A stretch of DNA of 64,000 nt from IMG/VR virus record IMGVR_UViG_3300045988_164075. The stretch is one strand, 5' to 3'. The notes under the pieces were generated by a model that was not told the origin of the DNA, did not search any database, and saw nothing but the letters and a program-made list of their open reading frames with translations. Below, piece after piece: positions 37,427-49,000 of this stretch. The position numbers and the translations under genes were made by a program. Source of the stretch: a virus. Position 1 is the first letter of the stretch, and each line of letters starts with the position of its first letter.

Positions 37427-40400
37427 TTATTTTTTAATTAGTTTAGGAATAATTGGACACGTACTAGTATTTGAATATACTCTTCAACAATTTCTGGTTC
37501 CATTATTGTAAAATCAAGTTTCAGCTAATTCTCCATTATAATCACAATATATAACATCATTATTTTTATCTCATTTTAGCATACTGACTAATCTATTTAT
37601 AGAACTATTATTTACATTTACATAATCATCTCCAATTCACTTAATAGTATTTCAATTTTCAGAAGATGCATTTTTTAAAATATCAGAATAGTCATTTTCA
37701 TGATTTTTTATATATTCGCTTATAGTGTTTTCGTTATCCGATATTCACTCGTTATATTTTGTTTGTATTTTTGAATCAATATTCCAATCTAATGTAATAG
37801 TATCTGGAACTTTCACAGTATATAAACTTTCAATGTTAATTATAGATTCATTTAATTTTCTTAAATTATTTGATTCAACTCCAAATTTACTTAATAAATC
37901 GCTTAAATTACTCGTATCGTTAATTAAATCATACGAACTATCTCCAAATTTATATAAGATTTTATTATATTTATGTGATACATTTAGAGACTTTCAAACA
38001 AATTGCCAATCGCCAGGTTCTACTAAATCACTTTTAACATTTACGTTTGCATAAGTTGTAGTCCCACCTTCTTTAATTAAGATTAGATATTTTCCTAATA
38101 ACTGTACTACTTTATTAATTTCAGTTAATTGTTCTTCTACAGTTCCATTAATATTAAAATTTCAATCATATTGCTTATCAGCTATTTCACACGGAATAAA
38201 TACAAAGGTATTTTGATTACCTTGTTTAGTTCTAACAAGAATAGCGTACCCTCCAGTATATGGTATATTATTATATATTGGATTATATCGCATATTAAAC
38301 TTCATAGGATAAACAGCTTCTATATAAACTACAAATATACAATACTTTTTTCCAATTGTATCACTATTTATTAACATATCTCAATCTTCCGATGCTTTAG
38401 TTCACGTCTCAGCTATGTTTTCTACACTTTCTTTAGTTTCACCAGAACTTACATTTCATCCAGGAGGATTGATTCATGTTTTATCACTATTATATTTCTT
38501 TATTCTATTTAATGAACAACCAATTGTGTCTCCTGTTCCATAAAGTTTTATTCCTAAATCAGAACTAGCTAATTTTTGATCACTACTATTTTCAAATACA
38601 TAATTTCCTGACATATAATGTATTAATGGAACTTCTATTTTTTGTATTATTGGTTCTGATTGATTAATAGCTTCAAAGGTGCACGTTTGAATTTGCGTTC
38701 TACTAAATATTGTTTTATAGGTAAGATTTTCATCAATATTAAAAGTTCTTGATGGATCAGGATAATTTGCAGTTTTATTGTTTACAACAAGATCTGTTAT
38801 TGCTCCAGAACTTTCATTATATTTATATGATAATGTTCTAGAAACTTCAATATTCTTAAATAATCTGCCTCTATTATAATTTGGCAAAAACTTTTCAAAA
38901 TTATCAAGAGTAGCAGTATAGTCACAACTTAATGTTATAGAAGCTGTAAAGTTTTTAATATATGAACTAGAGATATAAGTTGAATATTCTGGAGCAAGAG
39001 TATTTGGAAATTTTGTAGAATCTAGCTGTGTTATCGGATCAAGTTGAAGATTGGTAATCTCAGTCTTAGAAACATTATAACCTGATCCATATGTAGCTAA
39101 ATTTGAAATTCATTCATTTAAATAAATTTCATTAAAATCATCTCTTGTTGAGTAGAACGTATTTAATAACCTTGAAGTTATTAATAGTTTTGATTCAGAA
39201 ATAATTTCTTCACTTGTGTCTTTATTATATAAATATATTGTGAAAGTATATATGTCATTTTCAACGAACTTACTATTCCATTCTATACTAAGCGTATTTT
39301 GTCCATATAGATTTATATCAATAATTTCTTGTTTTTCTTGTTTTTCTTGTTTTTCTTCAAAAACTGAAACTAACTCGCCATCATCGCTAAGTTTTTTAAT
39401 ATCATATTTAGCTATAATGTTACTATTAGAATTAAAAGGTCCAGAAATAAAATAATTTAAAGTAATTCCGTTATCATTAATTAAATATTTATATATGCTT
39501 AATAATGATATTGTATCTTTATTAAAGATATCTTCAGAAGATATATCTATCTTAGTTGTAAATTGATCATAAATAATCTCTTTAAGTTCTATTTCTTCGT
39601 TGACATCTTTATATGGTATATTTGTAACTACAGGAGTTACATATAGAGAAGTTTTTATAATCTCCGCATTTTGTTTAGTTTGTACATTTTTTGTAACAGT
39701 TAAATCTAATTTAATAGTTTTAACTTTTGTTTGAATTTCTGGATATTCTAATGTTGAGTGATTAATATCTGTACTTAAAAGTGCACCATATGTTTTTTCA
39801 GGATCTTCTTGAGTATTATCTTTATGTGTAATATTTTCTGAACCGTATGATATAACTTGACCTGTTGTTTTATAGGCAACCTCATCACCATCATAGAGAA
39901 TTCTGAAATTTATATTCTTTAAAAGGTCTGTAGTATATAAATAGTCATCAGTTCAAACTTCTAAAGTTAATGTACATGTTAATGTTTTTCCTCCAAATTG
40001 ATTATATTTTAAATTTGTTATATAAAAGCTCAATTTAGAGATATTTAATACTCTAGATTTGCAACAAATTCATCCAGGAGTAGTTCAATTAACAACGTTT
40101 CATAATTTTGTATCTGTTGTTGAAATTTTACCTGTTGTAATATCGCTTAAGGATATAGTAATTGGTATAAACTTAGATTCTTCAGTAAAAACGTAATGAG
40201 ATAATTCATATCAATTATTATTCCCAATTAATTGTGCAATATTTTCATTATATAAATGAAATAAATCACCTGAGTATAATTTATAATTGTCATCATTACT
40301 ATATATCCAGGTTTTTAAAGATTTTTCAAATTCTGTATATAATTTATAATTGTATTCAAATGTTGGAAGTATCTCAATATTAGTTTCTTTTCCATCAGAA

Positions 40401-40714
40401 TCATTTTCAGATATAAATATACGTTGAGGAGACGGATATGATCCGATTTGACATAAATCTTTGATAGGATTATAGGAAATAATATATATTATATTTCCAT
40501 ATTCTCTTATTCCAACAGGAATAAAATCAGATCCTAAACTAGCTAATGGGAGTTTATAATTACCCATATCGTTTTGAAGAACAAACTCGTTTCCATTATA
40601 TGTGATTAAAGTTCCATTAATACAATCAGTTAATACTGTATTTGGAGTAGTTAATGGATTCATATCTTTAATCATTCCATCATTAAAAGTATTTGTAGCT
40701 TCTTGTCTAGACAT
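37427..40714 (-). CDS. large tail protein, 1095 aa (N-terminus resembles phage tail 'stabilisation/muzzle'-type proteins)
   Basis: Fragments 40211..40714, 38474..38887 and 38162..38377 share a frame. The whole of 37427-40211 was walked and only TGA interrupts. The N-terminus is MSRQEATNTFNDGMIKDMNPLTTPN. It ends TAA 37427-37429, 1 nt before the next ATG. Confidence 0.8.
39326..39352 (-). repeat. 3 x 9-nt perfect tandem repeat (TTCTTGTTT) encoding (KQE)3 inside the 1095-aa tail gene
   Basis: Read directly from the sequence. It is in frame and gives EEKQEKQEKQE. Confidence 0.85.
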
Positions 40715-40728
40715 AATCTATTCTATTA

Positions 40729-41268
40729 TATTTGTTCAAAACCATCTTTTGTTCTTCTATAAATATATTTAATATTTCTAGTTTCATAATTTTTTTGATA
40801 TAAGGTTCATCCTACATCTGTAGGAAAGTATAGCACAAAGAAGTGTTTTCTTCCTCTATCTAACATACACTCTTCTAAGATTTTGTAGGCATATATATAA
40901 TCGAACTTAACTCTTTGTCTTCTTCTTCCGCGAGACTTAAACTGAGCTTTATAATTCTCAAATTCTTTATCAGTTAGTCCGAAATAGTATTCTCCATTAA
41001 ATATTTTTTTAGCTCTTTTATACTTAATACGTAGCTTAATTTTATTCTTAATTCTTCAATAATGATAAAATATTAAATTATCTCTAAAGAATTTACCACA
41101 GTAAAGAGTAAAATAGGGGGATTTGAGTAACACATCTCCCCCATATACGTTATGTGTATAAAAAGATCTTAATCCAAATTTTAAAATATATTCGATTTCC
41201 TTTCTAGTTAATGAAGGGAATTTTTCTCATACTTTATCTACATAATCATCAACATATTTGATTTCCAT
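40729..41268 (-). CDS. hypothetical basic protein (~179 aa, three in-frame TGA)
   Basis: Hand translation from the ATG overlapping the upstream stop (TAATG at ~41266-41270): MEIKYVDDYVDKV(W)EKFPSLTRKEIEYILKFG...DGFEQI, then TAA at ~40729. It is invisible in the track because TGA splits it into pieces shorter than 60 aa. Confidence 0.6.
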
Positions 41269-41708
41269 TAGTAATACTGTTTACCTTTATTAATATTATC
41301 AATAAATATTTTCTTTAAGGCAGAATTTATATAAATTGGTTTTTCTCTATATCCGCCTTTATATTGATATCGATAGTAAATTTGATATCCTTTAAAATTA
41401 GACATCAAATAATCAATATCATTAAATTTCCCCATATTGTACATATGTCTAAACGTTTCTCCCGTAAATTGCTTTACGTGTATCATTGCTTCTTTATGTA
41501 CAGTTGGTAATACAAATGTAATATTATTATTAATAATATCCAAAATAATCAAATAGAAACAGTATGTTAAAACCTTAGCAACTAAGTCTAGTTTGCTATC
41601 ACCTTTACAATCTTTACCTCAAAATTTCTTTTTAGTAGTTAATCTAGAAATATTAAAATTATCAAATAAATCTTTTGAAGTAAAGCAGTATCCTGTTTTG
41701 TAAAACAT
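41268..41708 (-). CDS. hypothetical protein (146 aa, one in-frame TGA)
   Basis: ATG 41706-41708 (MFYKTGYCFTSKDLF...KKKF(W)GKD...) runs into track ORF 41268..41552. The upstream in-frame stop is at 41712. Confidence 0.6.
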
Positions 41709-41711
41709 TGA

Positions 41712-42401
41712 TTATAATATTGGTTTGAAAGACTTCATATAACTTTTTCGATCTCATCTAGTTTTAACATCTAATATAGCATCCATATCGTTTTGCGTAA
41801 ATTTAATAGGGATTCTTGCTGCACTACATGCTCGAAGTCATTCTCTTCTCGTTAATTCAGATAATTCAATTAAATTTTTATCTCTTAATGCAATACCTTG
41901 TTTATATAAATCACAATATCCAATATATGCAGCTAACGCAGTTACTTCTTTATCGTTTAGTAATGGTAGTCCTTCGTCATCCACTATTATACCATGATAT
42001 ATAATTATAACTCCTTTATAATCTCTATCAAATCTTAAAGAATTATCTTCTTGATGGTATTTAACTAATTTTCCAGGATGATAATAAGGATTATTTAAGC
42101 ATTTTCAAGCTTCAACATAATTTTCAATAAATAATGTTGTGATTTGATTAAATACTGTTTGATTAGTTGTCATTTGTGCATCTAACAATGGTAGATGAAC
42201 TGATTCAATTATATCGCAATTACAAGGTAATTCTATTTTTTTATCAATAGCATCTGCTTTATAACGGTATAAACGAGTGTGTTTATTTCCAATTTTTTCT
42301 CAACCATTTAAAGCTATATCTTCAAAAGCAGTTGGAGTTAAATTTGTTCCATATAAAGTTTGAGCTAAAGAATAAACTGAATTAAAATTATGTAGTTTCA
42401 T
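41712..42401 (-). CDS. hypothetical head-tail-region protein (229 aa, four in-frame TGA)
   Basis: ATG 42399-42401 overlaps the upstream TAA (TAATG). Hand translation gives MKLHNFNSVYSLAQTLYGTNLTPTAFEDIALNG(W)EKIGNKH...KSFKPIL, then TAA 41712-41714. Confidence 0.6.
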
Positions 42402-43066
42402 TATTTAGGTTCTTGAGTATTTGGAGTTACAGGAGTTAAGAAAGCTTTATAATATCTTAATTTCTTTTCAGTAAGACGTTTTTTAACTTCATTAGAAATA
42501 GAAGATAGATTTAAATAATGTTCTGAATTACAACAACTGTATTGTTCAAGTTGCCTAGGGTCTTTAAATATACCTATAACAGAAATATATTTAACAAAAG
42601 GTACATTAAAAATAAATCCATCATACATCCCATTTTCATTAGGAGTTGTTTCTATATAAACATAAGGCTCATCTGCTCCACGTTTCTTATATTTATGAAA
42701 CTGATAAGATGTATCGGTATATATTACATATTGCTTTTGTCTATCGATACTTCCTACAAATTCAAGAGCTTTTGTTCCTAAATCATTAACGATTTGAGGA
42801 ATTTCAAAGTGTAATGCTTTTTCTCCTGCTGAAAAATTACAACATCTGGCTAAATCTTTACAGTCTACCTCAATACAGTTAATTGCTAGCATCATATCTT
42901 TTAAAGAAATTAAGTTTCTTAGATATAATTCTTTAATTACAACTAAACGTTCTTCAATTACTTCATCTTCTAATTGTTCGATAGACATTGTTGGGGTTGA
43001 AGTAATTCCTCTTAAACCTGAAACGACATCATTATATATTGCACTAGCAATTTCATTTATTGTCAT
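42401..43066 (-). CDS. hypothetical head-tail-region protein (221 aa)
   Basis: Intact track ORF with no TGA. It lies directly downstream of a terminator. Confidence 0.7.
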   Translation of the reverse strand: MTINEIASAIYNDVVSGLRGITSTPTMSIEQLEDEVIEERLVVIKELYLRNLISLKDMMLAINCIEVDCKDLARCCNFSAGEKALHFEIPQIVNDLGTKALEFVGSIDRQKQYVIYTDTSYQFHKYKKRGADEPYVYIETTPNENGMYDGFIFNVPFVKYISVIGIFKDPRQLEQYSCCNSEHYLNLSSISNEVKKRLTEKKLRYYKAFLTPVTPNTQEPK

Positions 43067-43080
43067 GTTATAATAATATT

Positions 43081-43120
43081 AAAAAATAAAGGCAAGACAG
43101 GAAAGAATCCCGTCCTGCCT
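43081..43120 (-). terminator. strand-specific intrinsic terminator
   Basis: On the minus strand GGCAGGACGGG/CCTGTCTTGCC forms 11 bp including two G.U pairs (these are A-C mismatches on the plus strand). A 7-nt loop is followed by TTTATTTTTT. Confidence 0.7.
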
Positions 43121-43147
43121 TTAAAATAAGTGCATTTATTTTGAAAC

Positions 43148-44287
43148 TTATTCTCCTGTAAGAGTAATAGTTTTGGTTGCTTCTGTAAATCCAGTTGCAG
43201 TAGCTTTAACTTTAACACTGCTTCCTGTAGCTGAAGATTTAACTTCTAACTGATCGCCAGTTAGTACAAGATTTCCACTGTCATTACCGTCAGGTAGAGA
43301 CCATGTAATATCTACGGGAGCAACTTCTCCTCCCTCTACGTTATATGCATTAGCCATCAGAGTAACCGTACTACCTTTAGCAATGCTATCGTTTCCTATG
43401 ATTTCTATAATTTTTTCTTTTGCCATAACATCCTCTCCAAATGCAGTTTTAAGTTTAGCTTCAAATGTTGCTTCTAATGTACTAGGAATATAGAATACAT
43501 GATTAGTAATTGAAACTAATCTTTGTCCTACTGAACCAATACCGCTCAAATTCTTTCTTTCAGCGATATAACGGAAAGAATATTGTGTATAAAGTTGTCC
43601 AGGAACAGGCTTTTCGTCTCCGTTGATAGAATTGTATCGAGTATTTGGATAGCTTGGGAAACGAAGATTTTCAATTAACCAGTCACCAGTTGCAAATGGT
43701 ACTTCATTGTCAGTTTTTGCTATAGTACCAACTACAGTCGATACTACATATTGACCTTCTGATGGAAGTACAGAATTTGGTTCATATTTTTCAATTACAA
43801 CTGATTCAAACATATCAGTAGCATCAGTTGCTGTAATAATTACATCATCGTCATCTACAGTAACTGTAATGTACTTATTATTTTCAGGAAGTGCTAATTT
43901 AATTGCGTTAGCAATTTTTGTAGCCATTAAAGCTGCCGTATTGTCGGTGCTATCTCCAACTACTGTAAATTCAGCATAAATAGGCTTTTGAAACTTCCAA
44001 ACTGCAGTTGCGTAATCGGCATAAAATTTAGAATTATTTTTCATATTAACCGTAACGCGATATTTACCTCCATTTGAACCAGAATTACCAGCTACTGCAG
44101 TAATTGTTGCAGTGGCTTTCGTACCTTCTGTACCTTTAGCTTTATAAACTTTTCCATCAGCAATATTTGTACTCTTGTAGTCTACTTTATATTCACCAAC
44201 ACGGAAAATTCTTAGTAAACCAGTAATTGCTTGTACATTTTTGTCTGTTACGCTATTTAAAATAGTCTCTTTTGTGTAATCAAACAT
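43148..44287 (-). CDS. capsid-associated protein with a C-terminal bacterial Ig-like (Big_2-type) domain, 379 aa (head fibre/decoration candidate)
   Basis: Intact track ORF, GC-richer, with 3 TGG and 0 TGA. The C-terminal ~80 aa (GSTVTLMANAYNV...DITWSLPDGNDSGNLVLTGDQLEVKSSATGSSVKVKATATGFTEATKTITLTGE) has the Big_2 pattern. A strong terminator follows. Confidence 0.7.
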   Translation of the reverse strand: MFDYTKETILNSVTDKNVQAITGLLRIFRVGEYKVDYKSTNIADGKVYKAKGTEGTKATATITAVAGNSGSNGGKYRVTVNMKNNSKFYADYATAVWKFQKPIYAEFTVVGDSTDNTAALMATKIANAIKLALPENNKYITVTVDDDDVIITATDATDMFESVVIEKYEPNSVLPSEGQYVVSTVVGTIAKTDNEVPFATGDWLIENLRFPSYPNTRYNSINGDEKPVPGQLYTQYSFRYIAERKNLSGIGSVGQRLVSITNHVFYIPSTLEATFEAKLKTAFGEDVMAKEKIIEIIGNDSIAKGSTVTLMANAYNVEGGEVAPVDITWSLPDGNDSGNLVLTGDQLEVKSSATGSSVKVKATATGFTEATKTITLTGE

Positions 44288-44311
44288 AGTTTTAAAAATT
44301 TAAAATGTTAT

Positions 44312-45043
44312 TTACTTAGTTATTGGAACTCCCGTTGCTATTGTTTGATTAATTGGTAAATTAGTTTGTAACCTAGGATCACTAGCGTTTTCTAAAACTA
44401 ACTTCACTGTATCATTAATAATTTCATAGCAAACGTATTCTGGGAATTCTAATTCAGCAGATTCGCTTATACCTTCTATTTCAGTATAAGATAAAGTTAT
44501 ATTTTCAGGTTTTTTAATATAATCTATATGTACATTATTTGGTTCATAATAATCAACTTTATCTCCACATAATATTTCAATAGAAGAATTAGAGTTATTA
44601 GAAAAATTATTAATATAATAATATGGACGTTTAATAGTTGGCTTCATATAAGCATTATTAATAATTTGTCCTAACATATCTGCTGTAGCTCTACGCGCAC
44701 CATAATAAATCGATGTACCTTTTGTAGTACATGGTTTTGTACCTTGTGATTCATATTCTACAACACAATTTAATAAATGTAAATAATTATCAGGAAGATT
44801 TCCTACATAACGTTTACTAAAATTACTTACTGTATTTAGTTGTAATTCAATACTAATATGTCTTGTCAAGACTTTTAAATCATCTGTACTTTGTTGATTA
44901 ATATCATAGTGGTTGTAAACTTTATTTATATATTGTTGGACGGCTTTTTTTACAAAGTAATTATAATCCTCCAACAATAAGCTTGGAGCGCCTAATTTGT
45001 TTATCTCTATAAGCACAGATTCATATACTTGTTTAGCCGTCAT
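44312..45043 (-). CDS. hypothetical capsid-module protein (243 aa)
   Basis: Intact track ORF with no TGA, tightly packed between neighbours. Confidence 0.7.
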   Translation of the reverse strand: MTAKQVYESVLIEINKLGAPSLLLEDYNYFVKKAVQQYINKVYNHYDINQQSTDDLKVLTRHISIELQLNTVSNFSKRYVGNLPDNYLHLLNCVVEYESQGTKPCTTKGTSIYYGARRATADMLGQIINNAYMKPTIKRPYYYINNFSNNSNSSIEILCGDKVDYYEPNNVHIDYIKKPENITLSYTEIEGISESAELEFPEYVCYEIINDTVKLVLENASDPRLQTNLPINQTIATGVPITK

Positions 45044-45073
45044 ATAATTTTCTATTTTTTAGAACTACTAGGT

Positions 45074-45889
45074 TTATTTAGCAGTTTCTGAGTTATTAAT
45101 TAGTGGTTTATATTCAGGGAATGTTTGAATCTTAATCTCATCTAGTATTTGCTTATTAGCAGGATCTTTAAAGAAGAAGATAACGGCTTCATCATTTACG
45201 CCTAAGCGAACATCTCCATACATAAATATACCACTTACTTTCTTAATTATGTTTTTATCAGTAGCTTCAATGAATAATAAACGTAATTGCTGATCCTGTC
45301 CTGTATACAAATCGATAATTAAGTTAGGATTAGCTTCTGCTTTCTGATATAAGAAATCCTGAATATCTGAATCAGGAGCGTTATACATACGTTTACCTAA
45401 AAGCTTAACTTTAGTTGCGCGACCTTCCGCAGAGTCTTGCTCGATAAAATTATTAGCTTTTGTAATAAGCTGAATTCTTTTAATGCGTCGTGCAGATTCT
45501 TCTCCAGGTTTTTCTACTCAAAATTCTGCTCGACCATAGCGATTTTTATCTCCATCTATAACTAGATTTCCTTTTTCATCTCTAGCGCCTCTCTCTTCAA
45601 CAATTAACTCACTATTTTTAATAGCTTCCCATTTGTGCCTTTCTAGAATATTATCAAGGTTAAATGTAGTTCCATCTTCAACTAAAATTTCCATATCAGC
45701 GGGTATAAAACCAGCACGTTCTGGATCATTAAGGTCTTTTTCACTAAGAATCATTTCAGATTCTCCGTTAGAATTCATACGAACCTCTTTTACAAATGGA
45801 GGATACATTCCATTCTTATCTTTTACTGGATTGAACCATACAGATTTCACCTTACCAAAAGCACTTCTTAGAGTTATTGTATTTGCCAT
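45074..45889 (-). CDS. hypothetical capsid-module protein (271 aa, one in-frame TGA)
   Basis: Fragments 45518..45889 and 45074..45388 share a frame. The gap was walked and only TGA at 45518 occurs (...RYGRAEF(W)VEKPGEESARR...). Confidence 0.75.
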
Positions 45890-45952
45890 ATTTATTCTTA
45901 TTAAACTTGTTCTTATTTAAAATTTATCTAAAATAGTCTTAATCTATAAATT

Positions 45953-45994
45953 AATTGTAACTTCCCCTACACAATTATAGAGGAAGTTACAATT
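45953..45994 (-). terminator. 13-bp perfect hairpin just after the capsid-gene stop (attenuator/partial terminator candidate)
   Basis: AATTGTAACTTCC (45953-45965) pairs with GGAAGTTACAATT (45982-45994) across a 16-nt loop. The U-tract on the minus strand is weak (TAATTTAT). Confidence 0.35.
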
Positions 45995-46007
45995 TATATT
46001 ATATTAA

Positions 46008-49000
46008 TTAGTCAGAGCTAACTAAAATAAATGAACGATAAGGATTGAATACGCCTACGCCTGCGTCTATGTTATTGTTAATCATTATATTACTATAATG
46101 TACAGACTATATCTTTAACTTATATATTTAAATATGAAACCTTTAGTTTGTTTTCTGAGTCCTTTAGCAACGTCTCTACATTTTGAAAATTCTTTAGCAC
46201 ACGCTCCTACAGTATCTCATACTTTAATTAGATTATTATTTAAATCGTATTGAGCAATTTTACGGCTTTCTCCAATTTTTAATTTTGGAAGTGATTGATA
46301 CACTTCTTTAGATTTTAAAATGTTATAAATTTCAGAAGGGTCCTTTAAAAAATAGTAACCTTTTGCTGAATTTTTTTTATTTAATGCTGAATATAAATTT
46401 GATTTAGTTATATCAAAAGATTTATATATATCTTCAGTATTTTCTCATTCAGCAATTAAATTTCCTTTTAAATCAAATTGATAAATTGTCGAAAACTTGT
46501 TTATCGTATATTCTTCAATATTTAATTTATCATATCTATTATAAGATCAGAATGAATTTTTGTAACTTCTTTTTTGTTTACAAGCATTATTAAAATTTTG
46601 ATAACTACATCCAAACTTTTCAGCTAAGTCTTTTATTCCAAAATATTCTTCTCAGAATTCGCCATTTAATTTATAACGATATACTGTTTTAAAACAAATC
46701 CCAGGATTAATTCCACCTAAACTAGTATTGTAATTATCTTTTCTTTTAATAAATTCTTTTGTTACAATCTCCTCCTCTTTTTTATATGCATCTAACTCTT
46801 CATTATAAACATATAAAATAGTTCTTCTAAAATTAGAGTATCCATATTTTTTTAGAGCGTATTGAAAAGCTGTTTTTGGATTTTTTAATAAATATCCAAT
46901 TTTAATTCCATTACCAATATATCCGTCAAATATATCTGGATTACTTGTTTTGTGTACCCCAATATAGATTTTTCCGTTAATTAAACACGTTGTACAATAA
47001 ACTATATATTTCATATTATTTAAGTTATCCTCTATTTTCCACTATGTTTAAGTGTACGCTCATTCGAGCTAGTCGTTGAACCTTACTTAGGATTACCTTA
47101 CTAGGCTTATCTTATCTAAGTCTTGGCTGCTGATTGTCCCAAGGGAGTTTCCAGCAATTAAAAGGATTTTTATATTATTATCACTAATAATAGGGACCTA
47201 CGCTGCGTAATTTAAGCCCCAGTTAATATATTTAGAAGCTGCTACAGGAGACGAAACTTGACCGCTTGACGTTCCGTTTTGTCCACCAACACCATTAATC
47301 CAGTTATGAACAATATCACAACCTTTAAATGTAAACATTTGAAGTGCTGGTTTGCCAGTTGCTGCATCTGCCGTTAGATCAAGGAATATACCGTATTTCT
47401 TATCAGGATATTCAAAATCAAACGAACGATCAATCTTAAATGTAATTTGATTCATTTATGTTAACTTATATTTTCATATAAGATCAGACTATATCTTAAT
47501 TTAATATACTATTACCATATATTAAATTCTCCCTATTTCGGAATAAATCCTACTCTACTTGGTTATTTTACAATATCTTTCTTATTGTATATCCTTTCGA
47601 TAGTCGTTGAACGTTTTCTAATAATTAGAACTTCGCTGCTGATTAGCATGTGTAATATTTACATTTAGCCTTCCAGCAATTAAAGGAGTTTTCTTTATAA
47701 TTAAAATATAAAGGAGCAATTATTTACCCGCAAATTCATAAGATTGATATGTTGCACCTAAATCAAGATATCCGTTAGAAGCTTTCGAGAACAAGAATGT
47801 TCCAACAGTCTTCCAATCACGAATCCAAGACGAAAGTGCATTTTGAACTTCATGCCACATCAACGTGTTGCAAATAAAGATATATTTGTTACCCGTTGGT
47901 CTTTCCGATTTAGTAGTCATTTGAGCAAGTACCTTATTAAAGATACGAACATTTAGATGTCCACTAAATACATATTTTCCAGCAAAACGTTCAATTTGGC
48001 TGATGATACCATCGCCAGAAATAATCATATTTGTGTTAACTTATATTTTCATATAAGATCAGACTATATCTTAACTTTATATACTGTTACCGCGTATAAA
48101 GTTCTCCCCGTTTCCATTTGATCAAATGTACTCTACTCATTTATTCATTAAGAGATTTCTTCTTAATTATACTTTCGATAGTCGTTGAACTTCCTTAAAT
48201 AAATTATTTAAGTTTAGCTGCTGATTGTCTTCATCTTTCATGTTCAGAGTTTCCAGCAATTAGAGGAGTTGTTTTAATTAGTTTACTAATTTAGCAGCCC
48301 ATTATTTCTTTAGGTTGCTGTGTTTCGGGATCAAAAATCTTAGGTTTGCCAAATTTATCTACATTAGTTTTACCCCAAAGTAATGCGTTATTACGAGCAA
48401 ACATGTAGGTATCTAAGCAATCTTTTTGTGCAGGATTAAGTTTGTAAACAGGATCGTCTTGCTGACCTTTACCGATTTGGATAAATACATCTTCCATTGC
48501 GGCATATTTAGCAGACCAGCTTACATCTGCACGATGGGTCGAGATAAATGTCCGATGCTTTTCGGTATTCATTATGTTATCTTATAGTTTCCTATAAGTT
48601 CAGACTATATCATTAACTTTCCTTTAATTTAAATATGAAATTTTTACAATGTTTACTTTGGCCTTTTATACAGCGTCGAACGCCTTGTCCATATTGTTGT
48701 ATCGCTTCCGTAATTGAGGAAAATTCTTTAATAAAGTTCCCTTTTAAATCAAATTGTTGTACAATCTGTTTCTGGTTATTTAATTTTAACTGTTTTGCGC
48801 AATCGACTTTTTCTAAATATACCTGAAATCCTTTAAATGTTCTACCTAAACGAATTGCTGAAGATATAGATGAAGAACTTTTAAGTCCAAATTCTCTTGC
48901 ACAAGCTATTGGAGAAGAAAATTCTTTATAAAAAGTTCCATCTAAATTATATAGGTATATTTTACAATTTTTAATTGACTTTGTTTGAGTTAAAGGAAAT

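Noticed and set aside
39326-39352. The short tandem repeats could be a CRISPR-like or regulatory array.
   Set aside because: There are only three contiguous 9-nt units without spacers, in frame within the tail gene, encoding KQE repeats.
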